From NCBI RefSeq assembly GCF_000142905.1, contig NW_013657660.1, positions 461,315 through 525,314 of the forward strand: a stretch of 64,000 nt of DNA. Reading direction: 5' to 3'. Shown piece after piece: positions 42,801-52,566 of this stretch. This DNA is from Thecamonas trahens ATCC 50062 (lineage: Eukaryota > Protista > Apusomonadida). The notes beneath the pieces were generated by a model that saw nothing but the letters and a program-made list of their open reading frames with translations, was not told the origin of the DNA and did not search any database. Both the position numbers and the translations under genes were made by a program. Within the stretch, counting starts at the first letter, position 1. Each line of letters opens with the position of its first letter.

Positions 42801-43372
42801 GCGCCCAGAGCGTCGGTGAAGAGCTTGACAACCTTGCCCAGATCGGCAGCTGCGAGGGCAGCGAGGCCGAGGGCAGCGTGATGGCGGACGGCGGGAGAGC
42901 AGGCAAAGTGGAGACGGACAAAGAAAGCATCATAGACTGGAGAATCGAGCTCTGCCAGAGCACGAAGACCGCGCTTGCCGCCTTTGACAGGATGAGCAGC
43001 ATCGGCCAGGAGCGCAGTGAGAGTGGCGAGGAGCCAACTTTCCGGCGAGCCATCGGCGGCCACGTCTTCGATGTTCTCCTTGCGATCGGTAGTCGATGGA
43101 GCTGCGCCTGTAAACGAGTCTGCAGCACCAGCTTGCGAGGGGAACGAGTCGAGCAAGTCGACAAACTTTGCCACTACATGCTTGAGATGCGACCTTCCGA
43201 CACTCACAATGAGAGCGCCAGCAGCATCAAGAGATCCAGAGACTTCGCCTGGGGTGAGGAGGGCGACTTCACCAGCATGGGCCACAGACCTCTCACTTGC
43301 TTCTTCACCAGACTGGTGCGAGAGCAGTGCACGGACTTGCTCGAGCACGTCGTTGAGAGGGGTACTGGTCAT
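36894..43372 (-). CDS. Furry/Mor2/Tao3-like large HEAT/ARM scaffold; apparent -1 frame break near 41530
   Basis: Two overlapping helical ORFs. LREAICSSL..IF...IYKTVTKWAKKSKH and IEGMALLWYCHSDPII resemble the MOR2-PAG1 N region; LITLSSPHVLIRQIALRL resembles the mid region. ATG at 43372. Confidence 0.72.
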
Positions 43373-43429
43373 GGGCGGTTGTGTATGTAGATGTGTGCGT
43401 GTGTCGGGGGAGGTGGGGTGGGGTGGGGG

Positions 43430-43463
43430 AGGTGAGGTGAGGTGAGGTGAGGTGAGGTGAGGT
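43430..43463. repeat. (GGTGA)n pentanucleotide repeat
   Basis: About 7 units just upstream of the Furry-like start codon. Confidence 0.9.
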
Positions 43464-43977
43464 GCAGGCTCGGGTTTGGCTCGGTCTGGTTTGGGCACTG
43501 ACCAGCGCCGAGCAGTCCATGGGGCGCATCGCTTGGGCGATGAGCTTGGCAAAACAGATGAGATTGCACATCGGTTACTAGCGCCTATATCCAGCAAGGT
43601 GTCGGCACGTGGTTGCGAGGGCGAGTGCAGGCTCGTAGTCGAACTTGAGCTCGGGGCTTGAGCTGGGAGCTCAAGATCGAGGCGCAAACTGTGGCTGATT
43701 CCATGCTGCAGGCCCTCCCTGCATTCCCACCTTACGTGTAACTATGTCAATCAGAGCAAGTATTGCTCGACCAAATCGCACGTTGGCCCAGCATGTGTAT
43801 TCCCATGGCGGAGTCACGAGTAATGGATGCGTGTGGTAGTGAGCGCCAAAACGCCGGCGAAGCTCGTCGACAGCCGCAACCGCCGTACTTACCATAGCGG
43901 GCGACGAGATTGGCGAGAGGCATCTCACTCTACGGCCTTGTACATAGCGACATAGGTGCAGGGCTTGGACATTGAGT

Positions 43978-45798
43978 ATGAGCGCGAATTTCTCTGACGG
44001 AGCTGTGGTCATGCTGTCTATTACGGGTGGTGAGGGGAATGGTAGAGGAAGAGGCGAGGGCGGGAAGAAGGGCAAGAAGGACGGACATCGTAATGTTCGG
44101 CAACAGACAATAGCCATCACGCATGCACATGCATCGGTTGGCACTGATGTGAGTCTCCCGCCAAGGAGACTGCCATTGGTAGTCTCATCGGGCAATGACC
44201 TCGGTCTTCAGGTGGAGTACAACGGATCGGATTCAGACGAGTCGAGCAGCAATGACGGACACGATCAGGATGGCCAAGGTGGCGGCTTTGGCAGCATGTC
44301 TTCGACTCGTGCTCGTGATCAAGGCTCGTCCAATGCACCGGTTGTCTCGGTGGCGCTGCAGACGTCGCCAGTCGACTTTCTCCCGCTCTCGGAGATCGAG
44401 CTCGAGCGAGCGTTGTCGACGGCGGCAGCACCGTTGCGCGACAGTGACTCGCGTGTGGACTCACTGGCAGCGTTTCTCCTCAAGGTTGAGAGCCTGATGG
44501 ACGAGGCGCTTGACGAGGCGCTGACGGACTCGGTCTTTGCGGCGTATGCACGAGCGTCGTCGCGTGATGAGGTCGACGCCATTGAGCTCGACAAGGAGCT
44601 GGTTGCGGCAGAGTTTGTGGCGCTCGGCGTAAGCGCGGTCGCGTTCTCGGCTACGGGCTCGATGGTAGCTGTGGGGTACGGCAGCTCGGGCCACAGCGCG
44701 TGGTGCGAGCATGAGGCTGCGATTGGAGTGTGGGCGTTCAACCGCTCGCGAAGCAAGAGCGAGGTGCCGGAGGTGCTGGTGAGGACCCGGGCATGCGTTC
44801 GAGCGCTGGCGTTCCACCCGCACGCCGCGGGCAAGCTCGCGTACGCTACGTTTTCCGGGCAGGTCAGCGTGGTTGATGCACTGGCAGCCGGTAGCGGCGG
44901 GAACGTCGGCGGCGGCGCGAGCGACAGCAGCAGCGGAGCGGTCGTGGCGACGGGCGTCCACACTGAGCCGGTGGTGGCTCTCGAGTGGCTAGTGGTGGGC
45001 AGCCGGAGCAAGGCGCAGAGCGGAGGCGGGCACCTGGTCTCGCTCTGTGCTGGCGGACGGCTGCTGATGTGGGATGCGGCGTCACTGTCAAAGACGGCGG
45101 TCCTCGGGTTCACTCTCCACACCTCACGGCTCGGGTCGCAGCTGTGTCCGCTCGGCGGCTCGGCGCTGGCGCTGGCGGCGGCTGACCTCGAGTCCGGCAA
45201 CCTGCTGGTGGCGTCGGAGACCGGAGCGCTGCTGCAGGGCTCGCTGACGAGGCATCCGGCGCTGCTGCTGGGCTCGTTCGCCAAGCCGGCAGCATCGTGT
45301 GAGTACCCGGACGACCCATACGGGGTCTCGCCGGTTGTGTTTGCCTTCCACTCGCCACCGGCGCCTGTGCTGGCGCTGGCGGCTTCGCCGTTTGCGGCCA
45401 ACGTGTTTGTCTCTGGTGCCGCCGACGGTGGCGTTCGGCTCCACGCCCTCCGCACCCAGCAGGCACTGATGACCCGGTACGCGCCAGACGGCTCGGCGGT
45501 AGTGGCGGTCCAGTTCTCGCCGCTGCGACCGATGGTGGTCTTTGCCGGCACCTCGTCGGGTGCGCTGTTGGTCTTTGATCTTGGTGCTGAGCCCGAGACG
45601 CCTGCGGTGGCGCACGTCCTCGACGCCGGCATCACGGCCATTGCCGCCAATAGCGAGATGCCGACGGTGGTGAGCGTTGGCACGACGCGCGGCGGGGCGC
45701 GATTGTACACGGTCTCGCGCTCGCTCTCGGCGCCACGGCCCGGCGAGGAGGCCCAACTCCAGTCGACAGTGGCGGGGCTGGCGGCGCGAGCCGAGTGA
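43978..45798 (+). CDS. WDR34: Dynein-2 intermediate chain WDR34 (WD40)
   Basis: N-terminal FSD, AVAFSATGSMVAVGYGSSGHSAWCEH, LAFHP, HTEPV..LEW, ASPFAANVFVSGAADG, FSPLRPMVVFAG. Confidence 0.85.
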   Translation: MSANFSDGAVVMLSITGGEGNGRGRGEGGKKGKKDGHRNVRQQTIAITHAHASVGTDVSLPPRRLPLVVSSGNDLGLQVEYNGSDSDESSSNDGHDQDGQGGGFGSMSSTRARDQGSSNAPVVSVALQTSPVDFLPLSEIELERALSTAAAPLRDSDSRVDSLAAFLLKVESLMDEALDEALTDSVFAAYARASSRDEVDAIELDKELVAAEFVALGVSAVAFSATGSMVAVGYGSSGHSAWCEHEAAIGVWAFNRSRSKSEVPEVLVRTRACVRALAFHPHAAGKLAYATFSGQVSVVDALAAGSGGNVGGGASDSSSGAVVATGVHTEPVVALEWLVVGSRSKAQSGGGHLVSLCAGGRLLMWDAASLSKTAVLGFTLHTSRLGSQLCPLGGSALALAAADLESGNLLVASETGALLQGSLTRHPALLLGSFAKPAASCEYPDDPYGVSPVVFAFHSPPAPVLALAASPFAANVFVSGAADGGVRLHALRTQQALMTRYAPDGSAVVAVQFSPLRPMVVFAGTSSGALLVFDLGAEPETPAVAHVLDAGITAIAANSEMPTVVSVGTTRGGARLYTVSRSLSAPRPGEEAQLQSTVAGLAARAE

Positions 45799-45872
45799 GA
45801 CGGTGGTGGTGGAAGAGCAGGTTTATGGCGTGAGCGCATGCACAGGAATACACAACAAAGCAGATAGGCGCA

Positions 45873-46388
45873 CTACGCGGCGCAAGTCTCCTCGACGGTG
45901 GCGTGGAGTGCCTCGCGGACGGCAAACCAGGCTGGCGAGCCGATGCGGTACTCGCGCGAGAGCTGGACGAGGGCCTTGACAGGGAACTTCGAGTTGATGG
46001 CCTCGTCGACGAGCTCGCCGACCTGGCTCTCCTCGCGGCTCTCCTTCTTGTCCTGGCTCTCCTTCTCCTGCTGCTTCTTGGCGGCCGTCCGCTTGCTCTT
46101 CTCCTCGCGCTCCTGCTCGTGGCGGAGCTTGGACTCGCGGATCCGCGAGCGGAGCTGCGCGACCTTGCGGGCGCCGGCTGACGTCGCGTTGACGTCGTCA
46201 AACGAAGCGTCGTTGGCAGCCTCGACCTCGGCCTCGACCTCATCAACCTCGTCGGCCTCGGCTTCGGCCTCGGATTCAGCCTCGACCTCGTCGTCGTCGT
46301 CGTCGTCATTGTCGTCGTTGGCGTCAGCGTCGGCATTGGCGTCGGTGTCGTCGCCCTTGTCCTCCTCGATCAGGACTTCGTCGTCGTT

Positions 46389-46430
<42 letters not shown>

Positions 46431-46775
46431 TTCGTCGTCTTCGTCGTCTTCATCGGCATCGTCTTCGTCTTCGTCGTCGTCGTCGTCGACATCCTCCTCG
46501 TCGTCGTCGTCCTCGTCGGCATCCTCCTCGTCGTCGTCCTCGTCGGCATCCTCGTCGTCGTCGTCGTCGTCGGCATCCTCCTCCTCGTCGTCGTCGTCGT
46601 CGTCATCATCAGCAACCTCAGTCGAGCCAGAGCCATCATCATCGTCATCGTCGTCATCGTCATCACCATCATCATCGTCGTCCTCTTCCTCCTCCTCAAA
46701 ATCCAGCGTCTCCTCGAGCATCTCGAGCTTCTTCTCGAGCATCTCCATCTCCGCGTAGTGAACAGAAGCAGCCAT
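45873..46775 (-). CDS. Hyper-acidic (Asp/Glu tract) protein with basic coiled-coil C-terminus, function unknown
   Basis: 300-aa ATG-TAG ORF; about 150 residues are almost all D/E, followed by RKVAQLRSRIRESKLRHEQERE and a short globular tail. Confidence 0.7.
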
Positions 46776-47841
46776 GACTAAACTACAACCAAACGTACAT
46801 GTCCTTCATCCATGAGTCCCCCCCCTCTCTCCCTCCTCTCCCCTTCATCCTTCCATCCTCTGTTTAAAAATCAAAACACTGGGAAATACATCACTGCCCG
46901 ACGCAGGTGTAGTAGCCAGGAGCACGGTGTCGCTCTTCTTCCTCTCTCGACGGGCGACACGCCCTCACACGGCCACTGCCCCCCCCGCCGCCCCCTCCCC
47001 CCTCCCCCCCCCACTCCAAACCAGCACATGTTCGCTTCTCCTTCTCGAGCCCCCCACACAAGCATCTGGTGTATTGCATGTGCTCGGTAGAGCGAGAGGA
47101 GGATAGTCTGAGGTGTCGGACATGGCTATGGCTGGCGGGCTCGGACCGTGCGTGCGTACAGGCGAGGTCTCGGTTTCAGGCGAAATGGAGAAATGTGGTC
47201 GTTGGGCGAGTGTCCTGCCTTTTTCGCTGCAGACAGTCAGCTCAGCGTCAACTGCAGCCAGCTGGAGACAGTCCGGCAAATAGCAGGTAGTCGGGGATGG
47301 GGATGGGGGGGGGGTGAGGTGGTCCATCGGATGGTGGATCCAAAGGGAGAGGTGGGTAGATGGTGCGGGGGGGGGGGTGCTGGGGGAATGATCGGGATTG
47401 GGTCGAGGCGCTGGTCCGCGACGTTGTGCTGGAAGAGTTGTTGGCCATCGGTGCCGGGCTACATTGTGTCGGTCGCAGGCATGCAGGTGGCGGTGGTTGG
47501 CACGGTGGCGATGCAATGCAGCAGATGGTGCGATGGAGAATAATGACGATTTATCATGGACGATTCTTGACCCCCAAGAGCTGCGATCAGGCCCGAGAAG
47601 AACAACAGTCAAAGGCAAGCATGCCGAGCGCAAAGCTCAGTGTCAGCAAGGAGCGACGAGCGATGATGGGCGGTCGACAGTGAGCGAGTGAGCAAGAGGT
47701 TGCGTGGGTGTGGCGGGTGGCCAAAGAAACGATTGGTCGTTGTCCGAGAAACGAGCGAGGAAAGGAGAAGAGAGCGGGACAATGAGGGACATGAACAGAC
47801 ATTGAAGACGATGGTGGTAGTAGTAGTAGTAATGGCACCAA

Positions 47842-48090
47842 CTATGCGTCCGGGTCATTGACAAGGGTGACAATCTCATCCTTGTGCATGGGATACATGA
47901 GGAACATCTGTTCAAAGTTGATCACGCCACGCTTCTTGAGAATCTTGAGCTGAGCACCGACCGTGTCGCAGTGCTTCTCCTCACCGACCTCGACAAGCTT
48001 CTCGTACGTGCACGAGCCACCGGACTCACGGAGAGTCTCAATCATCCACTTCTGGTGGCCTGCGGAGAGTGCCTTTGCTTCAGCTGCCAT
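47842..48090 (-). CDS. Costars/ABRACL-like small winged-helix protein
   Basis: 82 aa. TYEKL...DTVGAQLKILKKRGVINFEQMFLMYPMHKDEIVTL parallels the Costars pattern (vtFg.L...lvgtL..akKr..v.f.ge.L....hd...I.L). Confidence 0.7.
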   Translation of the reverse strand: MAAEAKALSAGHQKWMIETLRESGGSCTYEKLVEVGEEKHCDTVGAQLKILKKRGVINFEQMFLMYPMHKDEIVTLVNDPDA

Positions 48091-48614
48091 CTTTGTTGCT
48101 ACAGATAGTTGGGTGTCCCTCCCTCCCCCCTCTGGCCTGCCGCGCGTAGCCCGCTCGCATTTGGCCACAACGGACGATGCGACCGGCGACGACAGCAGGA
48201 CCTCATCGAGCAGGCATGAATCGTGGCAATTGCGGAGCATTGACGGGAAAAAAGGAGTATGTGGTGCAGATATAGCTAGGTATGAACCAACTGATCTGGA
48301 CGTTGTCTGCTGCTATCCGCAGTGTAGCTGTGGCAGCGCGTGGAGAGCTCCATCCCTGGCGGAGCGTGGCTACTGGTGACCATAGTTGCTCCATGCGGCG
48401 TGGCTGGATGTGGGAATCGGCGGTAGCGTCATTCGCCACGATCACCTTCCCTCACCAATGCGATGTGCTGGTTGACCCTGCACTGCTGGTGCTGACCACA
48501 GACTTGCTCTCGCGCGCAGCCGGCAAGCAGCTGCCGCAAGGGCCCAGGTCACTCGACTCACGCACGCGCCAATGCAGCGGACGTTCCTCAAGTTCGAGCC
48601 ACGGTCGCCGACAT

Positions 48615-50181
48615 ATGGACCGAACGAGTCGTCCCGCTCCAGAGTACGTCCTTGTCGTCAGTCTGTGGACGGTGTGTGTTGCGTGTGTGGGTGGCGGTAG
48701 CTGGCTGGCTGTCTCGTTGGGAGGATTCGATATTTTTGGGCAGCGGCTGTGGTCCTTGGGCGACACGGCGGGGAGTCGGCTTGCCGAGGCGGAAGCGAGG
48801 AGGAGGGGAGGTATGGCGATGCAAAGTGACTGTATGTATAGAGGAGGGTGTCTGCGTTATGCTCATGTGTGTGGTGGCGGTGAAAATGCTGTGAATGGGT
48901 GTGTAGAAGTCAGCAAAGAAGAAGGAGAGCAAGGGCCGCGGGAGGAAGGAGCGTGGCGGGCGGCATGGTGGCAAGGGCGAGGTCGACGAGGGGCCCAAGC
49001 ACCCGCTGTGGACCTCGTCGTTTGTGGCCAAGATGAAGTTCCGCAACCATCTGCCGGCGGTGCCCGTGGATTCGGTCTTTCTGGCGTATCCGTTTCCGGA
49101 CGACCGGTTTACGGCGTACAAGCCGACGACGCTCGAGCGCGACAACAAGGACCTGGTCCTGCTCAAGGAGGCTGGAGTGGAGACGAGGGCCTCACTGATT
49201 GATCCGCGCGAGGGGGCGTGGCCGGAGGATCTTGCGGCGGCGGCGTCGACGGATCCGGTGCAGACGGACGTGCTGGTGCAAAAGGCGGCGGAGGCGTCTG
49301 CGGCACGGGCGAGCCGGCTGGAGCTGGCGGACGAGGACACGCGGCTGATCGAGCTCGGCGCACGGTCGCTGCAGGAGAACGCGACAGAGCTTGCGCACGT
49401 GACGTTCCTCCGCAAGGGCCAGTACCTCGGCAACGAGTTTGTGGGCGTGCACGCCGGTGTGGCGGCCAACCCCGAGCGGCTGCACGGGCGGTCAGCGCTC
49501 AACACTCTGGGCGAGGACAGGGTGCTGACGCTCGAGGAGCAGCGCGACGTGGTGGACGCGACGTTTGTGGACGCGGGCAAGGCGCCGGTCCATCCTCGGG
49601 TGCCTGGGATGAAGGCCAAGCGTGTGCTGGAGATTGTGCCGTCGAGCGAGCTCGACTCGGAGCGGCTCAACATTGTGACGTTCCAGGGCAAGCCGGCGGC
49701 AGAGCCTGCAGGCGCGGTAATCAAGGGCGGCGAGCACGACGGCGACACGTTTGTCATGTACCTCCTGCCGAAGAGCAACAAGCGGCAGCGCCGCCTGGAC
49801 GATGACGACGTGAGCGCCGGCGCTGCTGCCGGCTCCGATCCGTCTGAGCTCGAGTGGATCCGCGAGTTCAACTACGAGACCCGGGCGCCGCCTGAGCTGT
49901 TCATGCTCACTGTCGACGGCGACGCCGCCAGCTACGCGCCGATCAACACTGTGCTCTCGCTCCACAAGCGGAAGCCGGTCGGCTCGTTCCAGGCGCAGCA
50001 CGTGCGTCCGGCAAGCATCACGTCGACGCGGGTCTCGGCCGAGGAGCTGGCCGCCCGCGAGTCTGCGCTCGGCAGCTACGACGACGGCGAGCTCGATGAC
50101 GAGCTCGGCGGCGATGGCATGGACGACATGGACCGCAGCGCGTCGCCGACCGGCCTGCTTGCACCGATGACGACCGCGTAA
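48615..50181 (+). CDS. PAF1: RNA polymerase II-associated factor 1
   Basis: KMKFRNHLPAVP.D..FL.YP...FTAYKPTTLE, VTFLRKGQYL, PVHPRVPG, WIREFNY. Phase-consistent model: exons 48615-48643, 48744-48810, 48907-50181; introns GTACGT..CAG and GTATGG..TAG. The 5' exons are less certain. Confidence 0.9.
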
Positions 50182-50217
50182 ATGTAACGCCAGACACAGG
50201 CGGGTTGTGGCCATTTA

Positions 50218-51843
50218 TTACATCGGCAGCTCGCCCTCGAGGAGAGCGAGGGCGATGCGCTTGCGGAACTGCGGCATGTGCTTCTGGTCGAAGACCAGGT
50301 CGCAGTCGCGAGCAACAAAGTTGGCGTACGAGAGCGCAAAAACGCCGCAGTCGTAGCCATTGCGCTGGACAGGGATGTCCTTGGGCACATAGTCGGTCCA
50401 CTGTGAGACGTCGAGCTCGATCGAGTGCTTGTCGGCAAAGTCGTCGACGATCCAGCGGCGCATCGTGTCAAGCGCCGCATGGTTCGTGCTCAGCAGTGCG
50501 TCGTAGTACTCGAAGCGCTTGTCGCGGAGATTGACAACAGCAAGCGTCCAGTGTGTCCCGAGGTGGACCGGGAAAATGACCTTGTCGATGTCGCGGAGGT
50601 CGACCTTTTTGGTCCAGCGGCGGACCTTGCGGTAGTTGTACCGGCAGCGGAGCTCGTAAATGGAGGCGTAGAAGAATGAGTTGAAGAAGAAGCACCGCGG
50701 GCCCACGCCCGCGGCAGCCTCAGCGTCGGCCCTGGCCTGCAGCATGACGACCATGCCGTTGACGACCTCGTCGTTGAGCCACTCACCGGGGCCGAGCGAG
50801 GCAAAGTCGTGGCCGGTGATTGGGATCGAGCCGACGCACGCAAGCTGCTGAGCTGGCGGCGCACGGAAGGCCTGCCGCAACATGTTGCGCTCGCGATCGT
50901 CGAGCTTGGCCGACCACGCAGAGAGGAGGGCGTCGGCATGCGGGCCGGAGTCGTCGTCGCCGCGCAGTGCGGCCTCAATCTCGCGGCTGGTGTACTTTTC
51001 GAGCCGGGCCCGCTCCTCGGCGATGGCGCGAGCGCGAGCGGACTTCTCCTCGATTTCGGCCATGCGGAGCGCAGAGCGCCACGAGTCGGTAGCCGATGCA
51101 TCCGGCGACGATGCGCCCGATGCTGCAGCTAGCGACGACCGCCGCCGCCTCCGCGCCGTCTCCAGCGCGGCATCCATCCGACTCGGGGTCCGCGGGTCAC
51201 GCGGTTGGCTGGGGTCGGTCATGAGGGCCACAAACTTACTCGGCCCGCCTTCAAGCTCGTCGACGGAACCCATCAGCCGCGTACGCTCCTCGCGCCGGAG
51301 CCGAGTCCGCTCCAGCGATAGCGCCTTGGCCTTGGCGTAGGCCGAGTCCTCACGCAGCGGAGCGTGGGTGACAGGCGCGGTGCTCTCGTTGTCGTCGTCA
51401 GACGAGATGACAATGACGTCGTCGAGGCCAGCGTTGTCGGGCGCGTCAGCCGAGGCAAGCGGCGACGACGGCAGTCGCACTAGCGAGGCACGAAACTCAT
51501 CGGCCTCGCGGCGATCCTCGAGCATGTCCAGAATCGGGCGGCGCGACGAGGGCGAGCGTGCCGACATAACGGAGCGGGATCCGAGTCGCGACCAGCGAAG
51601 CGAAGACGGTCGGCTGAGTGAGTGATCCAGAGCCGGAACCTGAGCAGGGCGGCCGATAGGCGAGCAGAGAGAAGCCGTCAACGGTGCGGACGAGCTCGGC
51701 GTGTTTAGCAGCCGCTGGCGCTTGTGGGTGTCAGTAGCGTCCAGGGAAGCGCTGGGCAAGGTAGGAGTTCTGCTACGCTTGGAGCCAACAGTGAGTGTGT
51801 CGGCCACAGAGTCAGACACGCGAGAGTGGCTGGAGGAAGACAA
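50218..51843 (-). CDS. SUMO protease, Ulp1/SENP1 family (peptidase C48)
   Basis: WLNDEVVN, FFNSFFY, VRRWTK, PVHLGTHWTL (His), YYDAL (Asp), QRNGYDCGVF (Cys). 5' end unresolved; a pyrimidine tract plus CAG acceptor lies at 51830. Confidence 0.95.
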   Translation of the reverse strand: MSSSSHSRVSDSVADTLTVGSKRSRTPTLPSASLDATDTHKRQRLLNTPSSSAPLTASLCSPIGRPAQVPALDHSLSRPSSLRWSRLGSRSVMSARSPSSRRPILDMLEDRREADEFRASLVRLPSSPLASADAPDNAGLDDVIVISSDDDNESTAPVTHAPLREDSAYAKAKALSLERTRLRREERTRLMGSVDELEGGPSKFVALMTDPSQPRDPRTPSRMDAALETARRRRRSSLAAASGASSPDASATDSWRSALRMAEIEEKSARARAIAEERARLEKYTSREIEAALRGDDDSGPHADALLSAWSAKLDDRERNMLRQAFRAPPAQQLACVGSIPITGHDFASLGPGEWLNDEVVNGMVVMLQARADAEAAAGVGPRCFFFNSFFYASIYELRCRYNYRKVRRWTKKVDLRDIDKVIFPVHLGTHWTLAVVNLRDKRFEYYDALLSTNHAALDTMRRWIVDDFADKHSIELDVSQWTDYVPKDIPVQRNGYDCGVFALSYANFVARDCDLVFDQKHMPQFRKRIALALLEGELPM

Positions 51844-52566
51844 AGGAGGAGGAGGAGGAGGAGGAGGAGGAGGAGGAGGGAGGGGTGGGAGCAGACCAGC
51901 CTAGCCAGCGTGAGGCCTTGCGGTAGGCAAAGGCAAGGACCGCCGTAAGCGGTTGAAACTCGGCCGCCACCTTGGACAAGGGTACCTTCCGCAGCACGTG
52001 CTGTGCTGGGGGGAGGGGCGGAGGGGGGGAGGGGGAGGGGAGGAGGGGAGGTGTGGCACGAGAGTGCAGTGTGCGGGTGTGGGTGCTGGAGTGATGGCGA
52101 CTGGGCGGGCGTTGGGCGAGCGTTGGGCAGGGAGGGAGGGAGGGAGGGAGGGAGGGAGGGAGGGGGTGGTCTGGGCGTCGATGTGATGATTATGGGTGAT
52201 GGAATATCGGATATGAGCTTGACTAGCTAGTCATGGCATGGGGCCATGGTGCGATGGCTGGCGGTGTGGCTTGCGGCGGGACCTGTTGTATGGCGTACGA
52301 TTAACTGAGGTGATTAATTGATGGCTCGCCGCAAGATGGCAAGGAACACACAGGTCGCGCACACCAAAGGGTTGACAAGCGGGGAGTGGACAGGGGAGGA
52401 AGGCGAGTGAGAAGGCAAGCCACACCACTTCCTCAAGAGGGCAAGGAGGTATTTACGTGTTCGAGAGAGTGCGAGAGAGTGAGAGTGAGTGTTAGTCCCC
52501 CTTCTCTATCTCTCTCTCTGTGTACGCTTGGCTGACGTCTTGTTTGGCTGTGGAGGCTGAAGGCGA

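Noticed and set aside
43430-43463. (GGTGA)n as interstitial telomeric repeat
   Set aside because: Not TTAGGG-like and very short; treated as an ordinary microsatellite.
46812-47700. Possible small spliced plus-strand gene ending MENNDDLSWTILDPQELRSG...
   Set aside because: No consistent exon chain or recognisable motif could be built.
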